A stretch of 64,000 nucleotides of DNA from the NCBI GenBank assembly GCA_964016885.1, contig OZ024754.1, positions 11,532,001-11,596,000 of the forward strand. The letters run 5' to 3'. Origin of the DNA: Eledone cirrhosa (lineage: Eukaryota). The position numbers were made by a program, and so were the translations under genes. The notes beneath the pieces are model-generated. The model did not search any database. It worked only from the letters and a program-made list of their open reading frames with translations, and was not told where the DNA came from. Every line of letters begins with the position of its first letter. Position 1 is the first letter of the stretch. Shown here piece after piece: positions 59,275-64,000 of this stretch.

Positions 59275-60364
59275 CTGAAAATTGGTAAATGAATATGTAA
59301 ATATATAGAAAACATTTTTTATGGCATAATACATACATGTTTTTAATGCAATAACATCTGTTTTTAACTCAATGTCTTGTATCAGATGAAACTGCTTTAG
59401 TAAGACATTCTTGAAAAATTAAAAAACAACACTGTGATCGCATCACATTAACAATTAAAGTCTTTACTCTAATACTGCAAGTTTTCACAATTATCTGTTC
59501 AACAGTAAAGATACTATAAACATTTGAAATAATAAACTTGCTTTTAGATAATCTAATATTTTATTCTTTATGTCCTGTTCTGCATGAAACCACATTAGCA
59601 AGATATTCTTGAAAATGTACAAAACAGCACTGCAACTGTATCATATTAAAATAGAAATCTTTACTTTACTGCAAATTTTCAAAATGATTTGTCCCTTTGT
59701 AAAGACACTAAACATTAGAATAAACAAACATATTCTTAGATATTTTCTACTAAATCATTATAAGATATTAAGAGTCAATTAACAACAAGACAATCAGATT
59801 GCTTATAATTTACAGATTATTACTGTTATTTTACTGAGAATTTATGGATAAACAAAGAAGTTAATGAAAGAAAAGTCTAAATAGAATATCTCTTGAGATT
59901 ATATTTATGTTGTTTAAAAAAAAAACCCGCTGCAATAATAGGCAGATATCCTCAACACTGACAACATCAAATTACAATGAATAAAACTAAAAATTATTAT
60001 ACATACAAAAAGCATGCTACTTTTCCTAAACGTTTTCTTCTTTCAGCTCTAAATATTAGTGTGCAACCATGCAACATTAAGGATTCATTTTGCAGAGATA
60101 AAACAATACATTTTTATTTGTTTCTGGTTTTTTTTTTGGGGGGGGGGGTTGTGTGTGTGGTAGGAGGGTCATATTTTTATGGGGGGGGGGGGGGAATGAA
60201 CAAAACAAAACAAAAAAAAAAAAACTTTCTCAAATGCACAGTGTTGAAAGTCTTACCTGTATTACTTCTGTAAATAGAAACTTATAAAAGGAGCATGAGG
60301 TGGTTCTAATTTGTAAATAAGTGTGAGGAAAAAATATATGTATATATTCATATATATTTGGGGT

Positions 60365-60589
60365 TTAACCCTTTAGCATTTAAACCGGCCATATCCAGCC
60401 AGAATTCGCTCACTTCTTTCTGTTCAAACTGGCCATAACCGGCTGCTCATATGTTAAGGTATTATTCTCAAAATAAATAATATCAACATCTCGTAGATTC
60501 GATATTATGTGAGATAATTATGTGAAATTAAGTGTTTACTGTGAAAATACAATCATAAATATAGAATAATGTAAATGCTAAAGGGTTAA
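60365..60589 (+). mobile_element. piggyBac-type MITE, family 1
   Basis: TTAA|CCCTTTAGCATTTA..TAAATGCTAAAGGG|TTAA. Confidence 0.9.
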
Positions 60590-60964
60590 ACTATGAGTGT
60601 TATTTCACTTAGTTCTTCTGCAAGGAGCAGCACACGGTTGATAAATTAAATAACAAATTTAAAGGGTTGCATTTGGTTTCAGTACAAATAAGGAGGAGTG
60701 TAGTCAGGTATAATTCTAAATTATTCATTAATGAACTGAAATAGTGTATTTCCTTAGAAATCCAGTTACAGAAGGTTTAAACAGAATCATTTTATTGCAT
60801 AACAAAAATAGAAAATATCAATAATATGAAATAAATAAATAAATAAATATGAAGCATTTGTGAAGAGAAAAGGAGTGTGGCAGTGGTAAGCTTGGTGTAG
60901 TCAAAAGTATTTACTGGTCAAACCAGTTACTGAAGCTATTTAGACTGTACTGACAAAAAATAAT

Positions 60965-61183
60965 TTAACCCTTTAGCATTTAAACCGGCCAGAATTCTCT
61001 CACCTATTTCTGTTTAAACCGGCCATAACCGGCTACTCATACTAATGTTAGGGTATTGATCTCAAAATAAATAATATCAAAATCTCGTAGATTCAATATT
61101 ATGTGAGATGATTATGTGAGGTAAAGCCTTTACTGCAAAAATACAATAGTATATATAGAGTAATGTAAATGGTAAAGGGTTAA
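60965..61183 (+). mobile_element. piggyBac-type MITE, family 1
   Basis: TTAA|CCCTTTAGCATTTA..TAAATGGTAAAGGG|TTAA. Confidence 0.9.
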
Positions 61184-63391
61184 AATAAAATTACTAGATG
61201 CCTCACATGTATAAGTTCAACAAGAATTACCTGTAATGGTACAGCAGGGGCAGGATTTCCACTATTTTGAACCCCCTAGTTATGCAGAAGCAAAGCACAT
61301 TTTAAGAAAATGGTCACTAAAACCTGGACAGACACTAAGTACATATCTCTATGTATTTCATGTAACCATGTAAAACATCTTTTATCAAACATTGTTTATG
61401 TTTGTCCCATAGTTTTTTCTTCATCCCTTGTGGTATCAAACTGTCTCTAAGTTCCCCCTATCCTAAACCTACAAAACTGTTTGTTTTAAAGCGTTTATAT
61501 TTATCTAAAAACCTTCTAGTGTGATTTTATGTAAGAACCTTGGTTAAGTGATGTTACAAACACCAGAGAAAGTTATATTACTAAATCCTTCCAAACTCTT
61601 GATTATATTCAAAAGGATTTGAAAATTATAGGCAATGTGTTTTATAACAAATATGGCAATGAGGATATTTCATCATTTTAATTATAAAAGATGAAGGCAG
61701 AGAGGGAGCCTCTACATGGTCACTTAACTTACTAGAAATAGCAGCAACATTTCCTTCAAATTACATCCTACTATCTTAAAACAAAAATAAGGGCCCATTG
61801 ACTATTGCAGCCTGAGATATATGATGTCTGCAAAAAGAGAGCTCTGGCTGGAATATCCCTGACCATACATCAGTGCAACCATGACTGATTGTGAGACGAA
61901 ACACCAACTATGGAAAATTCTGGAAGGGATTCAACAAACTGACATGTTTACCAATAGTCCAAATGACAAATCATCATCTCTACCCCTACCATCCTCCTCT
62001 TCCTAATCATCATCATCATCATCATCACCATATCCAATAATTTATATCACCAAAATGTTTAGAATACAGAAGAAGGCTTGAAAATTAAAAAAAAATCTTG
62101 TTTTCTAAAACTACTAACCCTCTTTTATACCTGGTTCTATGATTTAATAAAATACTTTAGTGTCTACAATTATACTATCTAAATTTTTGGCTAAATTATC
62201 CTCAAAACACCAGCTTAATAATAAGGAAGTTATATAACGAAATCCTTTCAAATTGTTGATCATTTGAAAAATTATTTCAAAATCATAGGAAGTGTCATTA
62301 ATTAAAAATATGGTAACAAAAGTTATTAAGGATATTATTTAAAAAGCAAAATGAAAAAAACAGAGAGAGAGAAATATTAGATGCAAACCAGTAATTCAGA
62401 AAATTGTTAAAAGAGAATTAGGTTAAAGGAATTCAAACATGAGAAAAGTTAAGAAAGAAAGTCCACACTGTAACATGGTTGGTGCTAGGAATGCACACTC
62501 ACAAACAGTGGCAGAGTTTTCCACAGACACGTGTACCCTTCTCGAGGAAATTGATCATGACTGAGTGTGGCAAGGCTGGCCCTTTGAATTACAGGTACAA
62601 TTCATTTTTATCAGCAAGTGCACTGGAGTAACATGAAATAAAGTGTCTTGCGAAAGGACACAACATGCCAATGAAAATTGAACTCACAAATTTACAATTG
62701 TGAGCTAGGCACCATTACCAAAAAGCCATATATGCTTTCTTAACTTAGCTTTTGCTGTCCGTCATTGCCAATGAAGATTCTCTTATCGTTGTTCTGGAGT
62801 AAGTGCACATATGTGCATGCAAGCTGAAGTAGACATGTACAAATGTTGAGGCTTGTTGTTGTACTGTGTTAGTCTTTCTGTTCATGGTGTGAATCTGCAT
62901 GGATTGTAGCTAGATAGCTCAGAGAGCCTTTACTCTTGCGTGAATGATCAAACACCAGCAAGAACTGTCAGAAGCTAAATATTTCCATTGGGCTCGGAGA
63001 ATTTAGTACAGTTGAAGTAATTATCCCAGAAATATTATCAAAATCCAAGTAGTTGTGTATTCCAAAGACATGTATGCTATTAAGATTAAGATAATTCTCA
63101 GGAAGAAACAGCACGACATGATCTGTGACAAGGCTAGACCATTGAATTACAGCTATGATCCACCCGATGGGCTTCCATAGTTTCTATAACCAATTTCACC
63201 CACACAGCTTGGGTCATCCTGAGGCTATGGTAAAGACATTTGCCGAAGTAAGACCAAATCTGGGACCTCATGATGATGAAGTGAACTTCATCCATGGTAT
63301 GAGAATAATGTTTTGCTAAATCCTCAAAGACCCTCTCTGCTCAAATTTGATCCACACAATTCTGTATTAAAACACCCTCACCCTCATTATA

Positions 63392-63805
63392 ATCGTTTAA
63401 CGTCCATTTTCCATGCTTGCATGGGTTAGACAGGCTGTCACGTTATGAGACAAGTCAGGTCCGGAGACCATGTCTTGCTCATATGGATCCATATTTTGGC
63501 CTGGTTTCTACGGCTTGATGATCTTCCTAGCACCAACCATGTTATAGTGTGGACTGGGTGCTTTTATTCATGGCACCAAAATAACTACCTTACAGGGTGA
63601 ACTGGGCGTTTTTTGTTATGTCACTACCACAACAACCTTACAGGGTGGGCTGCATGCTTTTTGTCATCACCAACATGACCATCACATGGCGTGGACTGGG
63701 TGCTTTTTCTCATGTCATTAACACGGTCTTACAGAGTAGACTGGGTGCTTTTTGTTGTCACCAATACAACCAGCACACAAGGTGGACTGGGTGCTTTTTG
63801 TCGTG
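63392..63805 (-). mobile_element. RTE/SINE 3' tail with ~6 degenerate tandem copies of the ~45-bp module
   Basis: TTTAACGTCCATTTTCCATGCTTGCATGG tail end followed by repeated GTGGACTGGGTGCTTTTT units. Confidence 0.75.
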
Positions 63806-64000
63806 TCATCCTTTTACCTGTTTCAGTCATGAGACTGCAGCCATGCTAGGGTAAAACCTTGAATTGGTATTAGTCAATCATATCAACCTCAGTATTTATT
63901 TACACAAACAAGAAAACAAACCCCATTCCATCTCGAGAAACCAGACTATTAAATGCAACCAAAATACCATAGAGAAAATAAAACTAATGAGTTTTAGCTG

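Noticed and set aside
61952-62002. 51-nt acidic exon EEEDGRGRDDDLSFGLL
   Set aside because: The acceptor is a (GAT)n run with no pyrimidine tract; likely a decayed microsatellite

Overview
Eukaryotic, AT-rich and repeat-dense DNA; the SINE/RTE/microsatellite landscape suggests a cephalopod (octopus-like), which is my inference. Two spliced protein-coding genes lie on the minus strand. (1) A complete 7-coding-exon gene (ATG 39661, stop 11851, about 637 aa) encodes an Asteroid/FAM120-like FEN1-type PIN nuclease with apparently intact acidic catalytic motifs. One of its introns holds a 12.3-kb array of 220 x 56-bp monomers that appears to have grown from the 3' tail module of a local RTE LINE/SINE. 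(2) The last three exons of a V-ATPase V0 subunit a gene (57025-59274), possibly with a very long 3' UTR. The rest is RTE, CR1, CRE-like, Tx1/L1-like and Gypsy remnants, two non-autonomous Helitrons, piggyBac-type MITEs and many tRNA-derived SINEs. The most unusual signal is a dispersed set of short non-coding fold-back (inverted-repeat) elements next to (TA)n tracts, many carrying minimal type-I hammerhead ribozyme motifs (Penelope pLTR/retrozyme-like). The best copy is a perfect 172-bp palindrome (52595-52952) with an intact-looking hammerhead on both strands. All calls are by eye; no database search was run.
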